This document shows, in pieces, positions 50,327 through 63,408 of a DNA stretch of 64,000 bases. The notes beneath the pieces were generated by a model. It saw only the letters and a list, made by a program, of their open reading frames with translations. It was not told the DNA's origin and made no database searches. The position numbers and the translations under genes are program-made. Position 1 is the stretch's first letter, and each line of letters starts with the position of its first letter. The stretch covers positions 107,322,001 through 107,386,000 of the forward strand of contig NC_135890.1 of NCBI RefSeq assembly GCF_964194155.1, given 5' to 3'. Source of the stretch: Cetorhinus maximus. Its lineage: Eukaryota.

Positions 50327-53300
50327 AAATTAATCATGAAACTAATGACTATAAAGTGAATTTCACTATTACATAATATCAACTGAATTGAATTAGAATT
50401 AGATTTAACCATACATACAAACTGCATATTAATTCTTCCTGTGTCAGAGAATACGTACAAATTAAATAGAATTTGTATGCAAATGAGATCAAACTTAAGG
50501 AAGATTTAGAGTGGATGTGATCCTCTGAATTCTGAAACATGTTTAAATATAGCCATTGAAGAAATGGCAATTAACTGGAAAACAATCATTTACATTTATT
50601 TTACATTACGTATTGGCAGCTGTTAATAAATAAAGCTTCTTTAAATTATTATCGATTATTTGACTGATTCTATTCACATAGATCATGGATTCATTTGCTT
50701 TAATTAGCTGTTATGTATATTTTAAGTTTGCTTACATACTAAGGTATGGTGAATAGATTTGTGAAGTAAATTGGATGTATTACAATAACCTTAGTATCAC
50801 AGAGTTGTACAGCTCAGAAGGAGACCATTAGGCCCATCATGTCTGTGTCGGTTCTTTCAAAGAGCTATCCAATTATTCATATTCCCTTGGAAATTTCTCC
50901 TTTTCAAGTATATATCCTGTTTTCTTTTGAAGATTACTGTTGAATCTGTTTCCACAATATCGCAGTAGATTAACTATCTAATGCTGCACAATAAAGATCT
51001 TTGATAATAGTGAGCTGATCAATCAGGGCCATAACTCATTGGGTGGAATCCTCCGGTCCTGTTGGCAGTGGGCATCATTGTGGGCGTGAGCAGACAATAT
51101 GGCGAGAAGGCCAAAAATTGGTTTTACGTCATCATGAAACCAGTTTGCAACCATCCGCCCCACCCCCAATGGCGGGGTCGCGTTTCCCGCCGCCAAACAT
51201 CGGGAACCTAATTTCAATACTTTAGCATCTCATTATAAGCTCTGTTTACTGGAATCATTCCCCCCACACTGGATCATCCAGGCACCATCACACTGACATG
51301 TTTCACAACTCTACATAAGTAATGTGCATCTGGCGAGCTGCACTGCGCTCGGGACATTGAGGTTATTTGCCTACCTTGCTTAGGGCAACACTTGTGGTCA
51401 TCAGTGCCAGGCTTTGCAGGCTGCACCACATCTCTTTTAGGGGGTGCTCACGGGGAGGTTTATAGCTACCGGATCTGCTGTAAGGCGGAGGTGGCTTTTC
51501 AATGGCTGCAGGGCATGGGCTTGCTTGGGCGAGGGGGAGAACTCAGACAAGGAAAGAGGCTGCTGGGCGAAGGCTGTACTGGGGAAGGAGGGTATCCCAG
51601 GATACGTGTGGGGCTACACGATGATCAAGATGGTTAGGGCTGAGGAGGCAGTCTCCAGAGGAGATGAGGCCAGATGGAAGTGTGAGGGTCTGTGTGAGAG
51701 AGTGAGTGGTGACGTCCCTTGAGCTCGCAGTGAGTGAGATGCTGGTGAGTGTGTGACTGTCTTGTGAGTGTGAGAGTTTAGAGCGATAAGATGGTTGCCT
51801 TACCCTGGTGGCACAGATCAGATCATTCATCCTCTTTCTGCACTGGATGGCCAACCTCACCTGAGCTGCATTGGCACTGAACACCACTGCCAATGCCTCC
51901 CAAGCCGGAGTGGTGAGGTTGGTGGACCTCCTGTGACCAGAGCGGGAGAGTGGAGGACATCACGGTGGGTCTACAAAATGCATTCCATTCACTGAACTCT
52001 TCATGGGTTTCAGGGCCATGTCTTCACTGGAGCAGTCCTGGGCTGCAAGCATTGAGGACTGTGTGTGCGGTTGCAGTTTAGATATGGCACCAAGAGTGAG
52101 GAAATGGAGAGGTAATGGTGTGGCAGGCGATTCATAGGCCACACACCAGCGAGACAGCGCGTTTCCTGTGGCTGCTTATTTTAAAAGGGCGGGAAGTGGA
52201 AGATATGGCACGAAAGCCCGCCATTGCGGCCAGCAGGTAAAATGTCAGTTTTCACACCCACCACTGCACTTAGTACAAATCTGGGATGATTCTGCCTATT
52301 CATTATTAAGATTTGCCTCTGGGTTTCCAGATCATATTTAGTGAATAACTAACCTTTTACTTCATGCCTATAAAGGCTTTCCTGACTTTCTCTTCCTTAC
52401 CTTGTTGGATTTAACGTAAAGGGTTTCACCTACCGGCCAATCATTCTCTTACCTTTAATTTTCAAACAAAAAGCAAAATACTGCAGATGCTGGAAATGTG
52501 AAAACGTGTAGAAAATGCTGGAAACACTCAACGGGTCAGAGAGCATCGGTGGACGCAAGTGTCCACTTTGGTTTCTGACCTTCTTGTGAAAGTTGAAAAT
52601 TGAAAGCTAGGCCAAGAGCAGCCTTTAACAAGGACAGGACATAGAGAGGGGGAAGAAAAGAAATACAATGATAAAAAAAAACAGGAAATAGTTAAATGGC
52701 AGAACTGAGAAAAGGATGAGACTACAGGAGATGTAACGAGACATATGAAAGACAGATGTGGAAAACAATCTTTTGTTATTCATTCACAGGACGTGGGCTT
52801 CGCTGGCTAGGCCAGCATTTTTACTGGCCATCCCTAATTGCCCTAGAGTAGATTATGATGAAAGGTCATTGTGTTGAAACGTTAACTCTGTTTTTCTCTC
52901 TCCACAGATGTTGCCTGACCTGCTGAGTATTGCCAGCATTTTCTGGTTTTATTTCACATTTCCAGTATCTGCAGTAGTTGCTCTTGTGGAGAGGTGTGGA
53001 AAGTGTGTGAACAGTTTTCAAAAATGTGAGGCTGAGGCAGGTAGAAGGGGAAGCACAAAAAATTCACAAAGTACAGATGCAAGCAATTGGATTACACACA
53101 TCGTACTGATCTAGTGTCACCTGTTTCTGAACTTTTGGGCAATCGATACAAGGGCAACGTGAGGGAGAGCTTTTTTACACAGCAAGATGGTGATGCACTG
53201 GAACTCACTGCCTACCAGGATGGTGAAAGCAGGGGTGATCAGTGATTGTAAAAGGAAATTGGATCAGCAGTTGAGGGATATAAACTTGCAGGGCTACAGG

Positions 53301-56300
53301 GATAGAATGAGGACTGACTGGGTTACTCTACAATGAACCAGCATAGACTTGATGGGCTGAATGGCCTCCTCTGCGTCTTAATGATCCTAAATCTATTTTT
53401 AATATTGCTTCCCAGTTACAAGAGTGGAATTTGTATCTGGCTGTGATTAGGTTGGTATGTATATATTTCTTGTATTAATTCTTTTGTCACTAACTTCATT
53501 GTCTATATGTTTTCTTGTAGGGATTAAACCTTTCCATTGAAATTTCAATAAAATCTGCAATTCTGCCTTCACAAGGTTTGCATTTTCACTCTAAAACCAT
53601 GTTTTGGGTTGGCTCTCACTCACTGAGATGCACATCCACCACATTCAAATGATACAATCACTGTGTTACGTTCTAGAATCGCCATGGTGCAAAAGTTAGG
53701 ATTTTGAAGCTCAATTGACCTGGTCCTCAAAGACTTCTTGGATTGGCCTTTTGGCAAGCTGATCAAAACAATGGGCTCTCAAATAGGATATCAAAGTAGT
53801 ACCTCCTACAGTGTTCACTCCCTCAATACTAGACCCTAGTCTAGAATAGTGCTTCCCAAACTATTTTCCAATTTGAGCCTATTTGAACACGTGAAATTTA
53901 ACACGATCCCAGATACAACAAAAACAAAACAGCAATGAAGCTGCGTAGTAACATTCAGTACCTAATTAGTAAAGTTGGCATATTATATAGATCATATAAT
54001 ACATCTCATAAAAATGAAAACCTGTGCTTGTAAAGTACTTTGTAAAAATGTTATTGTTTTATGTACTCACCTTACTTTGTTACTTCAGCTGTACTGCTCC
54101 AGCTCATGGGCCTTGGCTAGGAAGCAGCAGAAGTACAGGTTAAGGGTCTTGAGGTGGCTGATGTTGAAGTCCAGGTTGTTACACAGCACCATGGTGATAG
54201 AGTTGCACTCAGCCAGGCCACCAGGCTCATGGTTGGCGATGGATTTGAGACACAGCGAATCGGCCATGGGCAGTAGTCACTGGCTTAAAGGGGAGACTGA
54301 GTGACGAACAGGGCAAGGGCAGTGCCGGATGTTGTCTGCGTCTCAGTGCAGTTGCTGGGCACAGTCTCAGAGGCGGGGGGAGATCGATCTGGGCTTCACA
54401 CTGGTGGCGTCTTCAGCAAAGCACATCACCCTCAGCTTCAGGGTTTTATCTTTTATCGTTTTGAAATTGTGCTCTCACTTTGGATTCTTGGTAGTACATG
54501 GCAAATTGGACACCTACTGTGTGAATGGCAATGCATTCACTCACGTTACAGAAAGTTTCATCATCTGACTGTTGTGTCCAGCATTGAGCCACTGCCTTCA
54601 AGAGACGATGAGAGAACTTGAAGAGAAGAAGGAAGAAGAAACAAACATAAGCTCCACAGAGACTGTCAACGGTCTACAATTCATGATGAAAAGCAATGAC
54701 CCTGAAATTCTGCAGGGGTTTTTCCAGTCTCCGGTGGGAGATCTGTAGACTACTCAGTGAAATGGTATAAACAGCCACTTTCAGCCTTTTCGCTGTGGGT
54801 GCCACTGGTCTTTTGCTGGAGTTAGAACATCAGGTGATGAAAACTACCACGCCCGCCATCCCCCCACAACCACCCCCCCACCCACCACCCCCCACCCCTC
54901 AACACCATCAAATTTAATCACATAAGTTCATAAGAAATTGGAGCAGAAGTCAGAAGTAGGCCATACGGCCCTTCAAGCCAGCCCCACCATTCAATAAGTT
55001 AATGGCTGATCTAATTGTGCTTTTAAGTCCACTTTCCTACCTGCCTTCCATAACCCTTGACTCCCTTGTCAATCAAAAAATTGCCTTGATGTGATTATCA
55101 GGTTAGGATTTGTGTTAACATTGGAGTTTAGTTGGAACGATGGGGTTTCCTTTCAGCCAGTTAGTCATCGATCTGGGATGACCCAGGGCAAATCCTGTCA
55201 CTTTGTATTGTGAGACATTGAGTTGAACTGATTAACAATCAATCTGGTAAAATGGCTAGCATCTGGAGGGATGGTGACAATCTCACTTCAATATACATAT
55301 ACATCCCTCACAACCCCACTCACTAGTTTGTGAACTGCTGGTCTAAAATATGTGCTGAAGTTGGATTTCTTGCACAGCTTTCTGACACGATGCATCTATG
55401 GCACATCTACTACTGAAATATAGCCTGAATAAATTATATTAGCCTGAGCAATTCTATTATCATTCATTTTTCAATTCATTTATGGGATGTGCTTTTTGCT
55501 GGCTAGACCATCGCTTATTGCCCATCCCTAATTGTCCTTGAGAAGATGGTGGTGAGCTGCCTTCTTGAACCACTGCAGTCCATGTGGTATAGGTACATCC
55601 ACAGTGCTGTTAGGGAGGGTGGAAATGGTGGAGTGTAGGATATGCTGGGCCGTACAATTCTGCTGCTGCTGGTGCTCCACAGAGCCTCCTGTCCAGTCTT
55701 GATCTGCTCTAAATCTATCCCATTTAGCATAGCGGTAGAGCCACACAACACGATGGGGTGTATCCTCTTTGTGATGATGGGACATTGTCTCTGCATGGAC
55801 TGTGCTGTGGTCACTCCTAATGCTACTGTCATGGGCAGTTGCATCGGCGGCATGTTAGTGAAGATGAGGTCAAGTACACTTTTCCCCCTTTTCTTGGTTC
55901 CCTCACCACCCAGTCTAGCAGCTATGTCCTTTAGTACTCAGCCAGCTTGGTCTGTGCTGCTGCTTCCGAACAGTGAAGCTCCCCACCAGGATTTCCCTCA
56001 GAGCTTCCTCCAAATGGTGTTCAACATTCAGCAGGAGTTCTCCTTGCCCCTGTCATGCCATGAGACTTCATGGGGGTGCTGGAGTCAATGTTGACGACTC
56101 AACCATATACCACTGTGCCAGCAGGCCTGATGGATCTGTCCTGTCGGTGGGATTCGAGGTTCCCTGGAGCATTAGCCTGGGTTGTTGGATTACTAGTATA
56201 GTGAAAATATCACTATGCCGCCGCCTCCCCTGTACAAAGCTTCATTCTTTCAGGCCTGTTGCAATACAACCAATTTTAATAACTTCGCTTTGTTAACGCA

Positions 56301-59300
56301 AGATTCCTTTTTTATTAATTTTCTAGTTTCCATATTACATAGGTTCTTATCTCTAGACTGAATTTCTTTAATGTCCTTCCTGGTGTTTTCCTAAGCTTCA
56401 TCCTCCATCCACATAAAGTGCAGATAATTGTTTTCAGTCAGAAATTATAATCACTCTTTTATCTGCCGAATGCATAATCTATGACTCTGTGACTATCATG
56501 CACTCATTCTGATTCAGCCCCTATGATGAAAGGCACTAACTTTATTTTATGCCCCCTGTGACACCTCAACTGTAAGGAAACAGGGAAGGGATTACAGTGA
56601 TGTGGCTGGTATAGCACAATGGCATCTCCACATTGGTAACAGTGATGTAAATTATATAATTCTAGTTTTTGTACAGATTGAGGAGAAGTTACAAAAACTG
56701 AATTTGGCCACGCAATGTCCTGTGTCCTGAGCAGTGATACGTAGATAAGTGCTTGATGGTCAGCACAGATACGATGGGCTGAAGAGCCTGTTTCTGTGCT
56801 GTGTAACTCCATGACTCTGTGACTCTAATACAATATTTCCTGGGCGGGTGCCTGAGTTGAGTGTTTGGCGCTGGTTTATGTGAGATATGGAGAGAGTGAG
56901 GGAAGGTGATGGTGAGGTTGATCAGCCCTGATTTGAATGGCAGAGCTGGTTCAAAGAGCTAAATCTCTACTACTTCTGATGTTCTTGTTTGACTTGACAG
57001 TGCACCAATATTGTAAAAAGCTCGTCAAATGAAAGGTTAATTTTAATCTGAACTGATAGTGAGAGTGATTGCAGATTGAATTACAAATCTAGAGCTAACC
57101 CAAAGGGGCAGAGGAATCAGTTCTCCTCTTAAAAATTAAATTAGACATTTTGGCTGAGATATTCATCTTAGTCTGATGTAGCATGTAACTGAGCTGGAGA
57201 GGCTCTCCATCAAAAGTGCACCCTCAAAACGGCTGCTGTAATACCCACCCCATGGCCTTGCCCTGACCTTGTTCCACATTCTCGAAGCAAATTAACTTTT
57301 GCAATTAAATGAAACAAGGGAGTGGGGTCCCCATAGTTTCCTTTCTTTGTGCCCGGTTACCATCCCTGAAAATCAGCACCAGTTTACCAGTGACAGTTCT
57401 TAACCGATCAGAGATTGGGAAGGTGAAGAGGAGAAAGGTGCAGGAGGCCAATCAGGATGAAGATGCCGAGAAGTAAGGTGGGTCCAAACACCTCATGACC
57501 ATCAAACAGGCGCGAGCACTGATCCTTGCAGCACCCGGCTAGTTACATCCTGCCAACCAGAAAATGGCCCGTTTATTGCTACTCTCTGTTTTCTGACCAT
57601 TAATCGATTCTCTGTTCATGTAATATATTAGCCCCAATCCCACGAGCCCCAATCTTTTGAAATAAACTCTTGGGTGGCACCTTATCGAATGCCTTTGGAA
57701 AATCCAATTAAACTGAATCCACTGGTTCCCCCTCATCTACCCTGCTATTCAGAACCTCAACAAACCTTAACAAATGTATAGAACACAACTTCCCTTTCAT
57801 AGATCCATGTTGACTCTGACCAGTCAAATTATGATTTTCTAAGTGCCCTATTATCAAGTTCCTGATAAATTGTAGCATGTTCCTTACTGCTGATGTCAGA
57901 CTAACTGGCCTGTACTCCTCCCTGTTTCTATCTCCTTTCGTTTCTTGAATAGTGGGGTTATGTTTGATTCTTCAGCTCCATGAGGACTGTTTGAATATCT
58001 ATGGAATTCTGCAAGACCACTGCCAGTGCCCCCACTATCTCTGTCGCCAGCTCTTTAAAACCCTAGGAATTCGACAATGGGCCCAGGGAATCTGTTGCCT
58101 TTTATTCCCATGAATTTCTCCAGTACGTTGTTCAGAATATTATTAGAGTAATGCTGGGGACATTAATCTTCATAGCGACTGGATAAAATAAATCTGCTGT
58201 AGTAATGTGGGGGATAAGGTTATAGAATGCAGTTAAAAATGTTTTCTAGATCCGTGTCAGCAACCAGCCAAAAGGAGAGGTCCCTAATTTTGGCACTAGA
58301 TAGGGAACACAATCTTGGGGACTCCTGAGTGTGGTTCCAGAGAACAGTATCCATCCCTCTGATTTTACTGTCCTCTGCCATTACCACATTCCTTCCCCAC
58401 AGCCAACACTCAATGTAAATGGCCTCATGTATCATGGTGCTATGGTCTGTTTTCTCATCCACCAGATTTTTTTATCATTCAGACAGGCAGCAGGTAGCCC
58501 ATGCCTGTTAGATAAGGACAATGGCTGAGGTCCCCTGCACTGCATGATTGTGCTATGCTGTCTATGTTCCTATTTTCTTATCCGCCTTGTGTCTCCTTAC
58601 CGACCTGACCCGCAGCCACAACCTCCTGTCCCTGACCACTAATTAGACACTATGCGACACTACCTAACCTAAGGAGTGTGACTGCCCTTGGATAAAGTGT
58701 CCAGCTAACAGTCTTCCTCCCTAATGCCCCACAATGCCTGCATCTCGGACTCCAGTTCCACAACTCCAAAATTGAACTTCCTTGAGATTCACACACTTAC
58801 TGTGGATGTGGTTGTCAGCAATTGCAATGCTGTCCACAAACTCCCACATGCTGCTGTTGTGGTAAAGTACCTGCACTGCCATCACTATCTAACCCTGTTG
58901 TATGTATTTAATTAATTAACATTTATGCATTTAATCAACTTAGCTTTTTTTTTAACCTTTACAATACAGTTTTAAGTGATTGGTATATTGATATTTATCT
59001 GTAAATTACCCATTTCCTCCCCGTGCTGTGACGTCACTTTGTGAAAGCAACAAAGCCCTGAGTTTACCAGCTCTTCTGGCCATTTATGAAGCAGTCATAG
59101 AATCTTTAAGAGTAACAGAACATACTTTTGACCAATGATCGGCCAGGATTGATGTGAATCAAAGTATCACGAGTCAATGATCAGAATGGAACACGTTGCA
59201 TCAGCAGTCCCCCCCGATTCCTTCTATGTTGTTAATTAAGTTGCTGACCCTTGTAAAATTTATGTCCAATGTCTTGTACCAGCATCTTTCCTCGGGTGAG

Positions 59301-59462
59301 AATGCAGGAAGGTGACCTGCACCCAGGCCTCAGTTGGTATCATTCCCTAGTCAGACATTATCTGTTGAACAAAGTTCCTGTTGTTATGGGAACTGGGGCA
59401 GACAGGAATAAGATCCAAAAGTATCATGGACAAGTCAGTGACTGTGCAACCTGGGACTCTTA

Positions 59463-60044
59463 CTAACTGCAGCTGAGAAAACAGGAGTATATGAAAAAAT
59501 TGATCAATTGAGGCACTATAAATAATTTACTTCTGTAATAGCTAGAGTTCATCGTATAAACCGCTGCAAGTGCAGGTAAACCACCTCGTAGACGTAGCAT
59601 GAGGAAGATGGTGCTCTCAGACTGAATATTGTAGTCGGCGAGTGACCGACCATCCTCCAGCTGTTTCCCCTCGCAAACCAGACGCTGCTGACTGGCTGGG
59701 ACACCCTCCTGCCGTTGTACTCGTGCTCTAAAATCCTCAACGGACTCAGAGGGACGGACGTCATATGTAGATCTTTTCCCCTTGTCGTTCCTGGGGAAAA
59801 TCTGCATCCGCTCCTCGTTCTTGACAAACAGCATGACAGCATCGCTGGGAGAGACATTGTAGTCACACAGCCTCTTGTTGTCCTTCAGCTCCACAGTGCT
59901 CCCATTTTGCACCACCAGGCGCTGTTGGAAATAGGGCACATTGGCTTTTTTGTATATCATCATCTTGAGAGCTGAGATTTGGATGGAAGGGTCAACATCA
60001 AGTTCAATATCTTCACCGGTCAAAAACCTCACCTGGAGTCTCAT
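59463..60044 (-). CDS. ISG15: ISG15-like copy C with stop-loss and 38-aa C-terminal extension (possibly an incipient pseudogene)
   Basis: Near-identical to 9311..9778. The codon after LRLRGG is TTA (59577-59579) instead of TAA. Carries L84P and Y124C relative to copy A. Confidence 0.85.
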   Translation of the reverse strand: MRLQVRFLTGEDIELDVDPSIQISALKMMIYKKANVPYFQQRLVVQNGSTVELKDNKRLCDYNVSPSDAVMLFVKNEERMQIFPRNDKGKRSTYDVRPSESVEDFRARVQRQEGVPASQQRLVCEGKQLEDGRSLADYNIQSESTIFLMLRLRGGLPALAAVYTMNSSYYRSKLFIVPQLINFFIYSCFLSCS

Positions 60045-63000
60045 CTTGTCAAATTGCTGTTAAGAGATGAACAGGATGTCAGTGATGGGGAAACTTTAAA
60101 TCACGAGTCAATTTAAAGAATTCATGAGAGAATTTAACAGGCACGACACATTATCACAGTCACTGGCTGAAATCTCATCTACAATAATCCCAAAATCTGG
60201 CTTCCTACATGATACCTGAATCGCCTAGAAACCAATCTTCACAAACTCCTTCCTTCCAGCCAGTTAAAAGCAGCAGATTCACAATCTGTTCTCCTGTCTG
60301 CATTTGGTTGTGTTTTTGTTGCTCTATGCTGATATTGTTAAAATATCCAGAATCCTGAGGGCCTGTGTACCACACTGCAATACTGGCAACGGCCTGAAGT
60401 AGCCCTCAGTGAGCTGTGTAATGTGGCACAGTCTGAGTTTGGCTTCATGGGGAGATAAGAACATGGGCTTGGCAGTTCTGAGTTTCTCTTGATCTTGCAC
60501 CATAGCTTCAGCAATTCATCAGTGGAGTCTAAGAGAATGGGTGTAAATGAAGGAAAATGGCTGTAAGTTTCAGCATCATATTAGAGGAACCATTTGTATA
60601 ACTCTCTAAACCAGAAGACAGGGCACCCCTAGTCCAGTGGTCAAAAAAAAAGTACCCTATTGTTGAGTAGAATTTTCTCTTTTGATGCCAGTGGTCTATG
60701 AATGAAATATGTACAGTTATGACAGACCAATCAGCAGAGAGTTATTCTGTACAGAAATGCTTCCTTTCAGATTCAGACTTACATAATTCATTCTATTGAA
60801 AAACAAGAAACTACTTTGCTGATATTAGATAATGAATGTTTAACGCATTACTTTAAATTTCCATCTTTAAAATAGCAGACAAAGGGGTGGCACATAAACA
60901 TGTTAAGTTGTTATCGCCTTGTATTGTCTTCAATAACTCACAGGCTATGCTTTTTAAATTATCCTGACCCAGTTCAGAGAATATTAAGAACTTATTTTTA
61001 ATTGTGAGTTTCATTGAGATTCAAAATGACTTATTTTAAAACCCAGAATTAGAATATTGAAATTCCTAAATAAAAGACAGGATACCTGACAATCTTTGCC
61101 GGAAGCACAAGTCCAGGCGAATCTGAAGAAATTTGAGCTGCACAATGGGGACAGATTCACTTCCCTGCACTGTTTGTTTTCTCTGTGTTTCTCCACACCG
61201 GCTCTCCAATCTAGTATAAGGGAATGAAATCCTGTCTGTATCTTGCTCTGTCTCTTCTGTGTTTCCCACCGTTAATCAAGTGAGTGAGTGTCTGGCTCCC
61301 TCCTCAGTCCTTTTATTATTATTGCTGGTTTCTGAACATTATAGCCTTGTTGCCCTCTATTTGCTTACACACTGCCGCACTGTCAGAACAAACAAGTGAG
61401 ACCAGAGCTGGTTTCATTTCCCAAAGCCTCCCCTCAGAGTCTGGGAAATTACCTGACAGGAGCAGCAGGAATGAACCTTGCTACAGGTAACAGGTACTGA
61501 ATTCCGAGTTATCTCAGTTTCCGATTCCTCTCTGGTGCCACAGTCATAAACAACAAGAACAGAATCAGCTGAACGGTGAGTCAGAGGCCTCACTGCCTGT
61601 TTGAAGCTGTGGGCAGGGCTTGAACAATACAATGTATAAAGATACAGGGCATCAGACCAGTCAGTTTAATTATCTAATGAAAAGAAATTGGCCTCAAATT
61701 GCAGGGGTCCTGCTCCACGAGTACAAGTCAGGTAGAGCAAAACCCCTTTCCCTTTCCAAACACAAGGCCAAGGGGTTAATGTCACTTCCATGTCGGCGGT
61801 CGATACTCAGAAAGTGTAAGAGTGCTTTAGTGGACAGATCCATCCTAACCTTTGCTTTGTTTATAATATCTGAAATCCCTCTGTGACTATTCTCACATGA
61901 TCCTTTTTGCTGCTACTGTGGACTCGAGCTTCTCTGCCTCCCATGTTCCTTTGCTGCCCCAGGTAAGAAGTACAAGGTTTGTGACATGCAAACCATCTCC
62001 ACCAATCAATACATTTTGATTGCCTTTTTCTAAAAGAAAACTTAATATTTTGTCAAATCCCACATGTGCACACCCCGGTTGAATTACATTTCATCCTCAG
62101 ACCCTTCCTCTAGCATCGACATGGTGCATCCTGTGTGACTTCAGCCGAGGTAGAGACAGTCTGTTCAGATCGGTGTTGGAAATTTTTGGTCAGCTTTGCA
62201 TTAACACTGATCCTCCAGCTGAACACCACTCCACTACTCGTGTTCTTATGGGGGTTCCAACCTGTATCTTACCCTCTCCTCCTCCAACAATGGAAACAGC
62301 AGCATAGCCATATCACAGCCATATCACAGCCATTACACAGCCATTACACAGCCATATCACAGCCATATCACATTACTGGCGCTAAGGCCCTGAGGAAAAT
62401 TGGAGCTGTAGTTAAAGTCTCAAGTTGTTAAAACCAAAGGGCTACATTGTGCCTGAATGAAATGTTGTTCCTCAACCTTATGTTGGGCATTGGAATGCTT
62501 TAGACGGCCAAAGACAGAGTGGTCAGAGTGTGTGTGGAAATGGAATAGAATGGCAAGTGACAGGGAGTTTGGTGTTACATTTGTCAGTAGAATAGAGGCG
62601 TTCAGCAAAGCGATTGGCCAATCTGCTGCTGGTTTCCCTAATGCAGAGGAGGCTGCACCATAAGCAGACATCGCTGTGTATTAGGTTGGAGGAAGTACAT
62701 GTGAATTGCTGTCTCACACAGAAAAAGTGTTTAGGGATTGAACTGTGGTGATTGAGGAAGTGAAAGGCTATTTGTTACATCTTTTGAACTTGCATGGGAA
62801 GATGCCAGGGGAAGGCAAATACATGATAGGAGTGATGGAAGAGTGAAGCAGAATGTAATAGAGGGAACAGTCCCATTGTGGCACGGGGAGGGGAGGGGTT
62901 GGGAAGTTGTGTTTGGTGCTGGGTTCGCTTGGAGTGGTCAGAAATGACAGAAGGTGATCAATTGACTGAGGTCAGGCAAGGCTCAGCTTTGGTGCCCACT

Positions 63001-63234
63001 GATCATCAGCGTCAAACCTAAGTTCATGATGACCTGGAGGACTGGTGGCATCCCAGACTGACAGAGGAATAGGGCACAAAATAAAAAAATAAAGGGAAGA
63101 CAGATGGAAATGTAGATCCAGATAATTCAATACTGTGGTTGCTGTTATCTTCTGAAGGCAGGCATGTCATCAACACAGTGGGAGGTATATAAGGAGCTGT
63201 GGTTACACCAACATCACTTTGTGTGAAAGCTGGA

Positions 63235-63408
63235 ATGATGGAATTATACAGCACTGAGCACAGAAGGTTGGACGATTTCATTAAAAATAACCTGGAGCCG
63301 AATGAATTTAATATCAATGTGAGGAAGGCTGTGCACAGAATCTGTGACTTTTTAAGGAATCGATGTTTTCGCGAACAACCTGAGATCAAAGTAATCAGAG
63401 CCGTTAAA
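63235..63408 (+). CDS. OASL: OASL copy C exon 1 (gene continues beyond the window)
   Basis: MMELYSTEHRRLDDFIKNNLEP...AVK|gtaagt. Confidence 0.88.

Larger units (their letters stand above)
28027..50864. repeat. Segmental tandem duplication, unit B
   Basis: Colinear near-identical copy of unit A. Lacks the ISG15 segment and the 2-kb CR1 insertion; retains the full OASL last exon. Confidence 0.97.

Noticed and set aside
59463-59477. Prenylation (CaaX) signal at the end of the extended ISG15
   Set aside because: The terminus is FLSCS, so the Cys is not fourth from the end, and it is not a CC or CxC motif.
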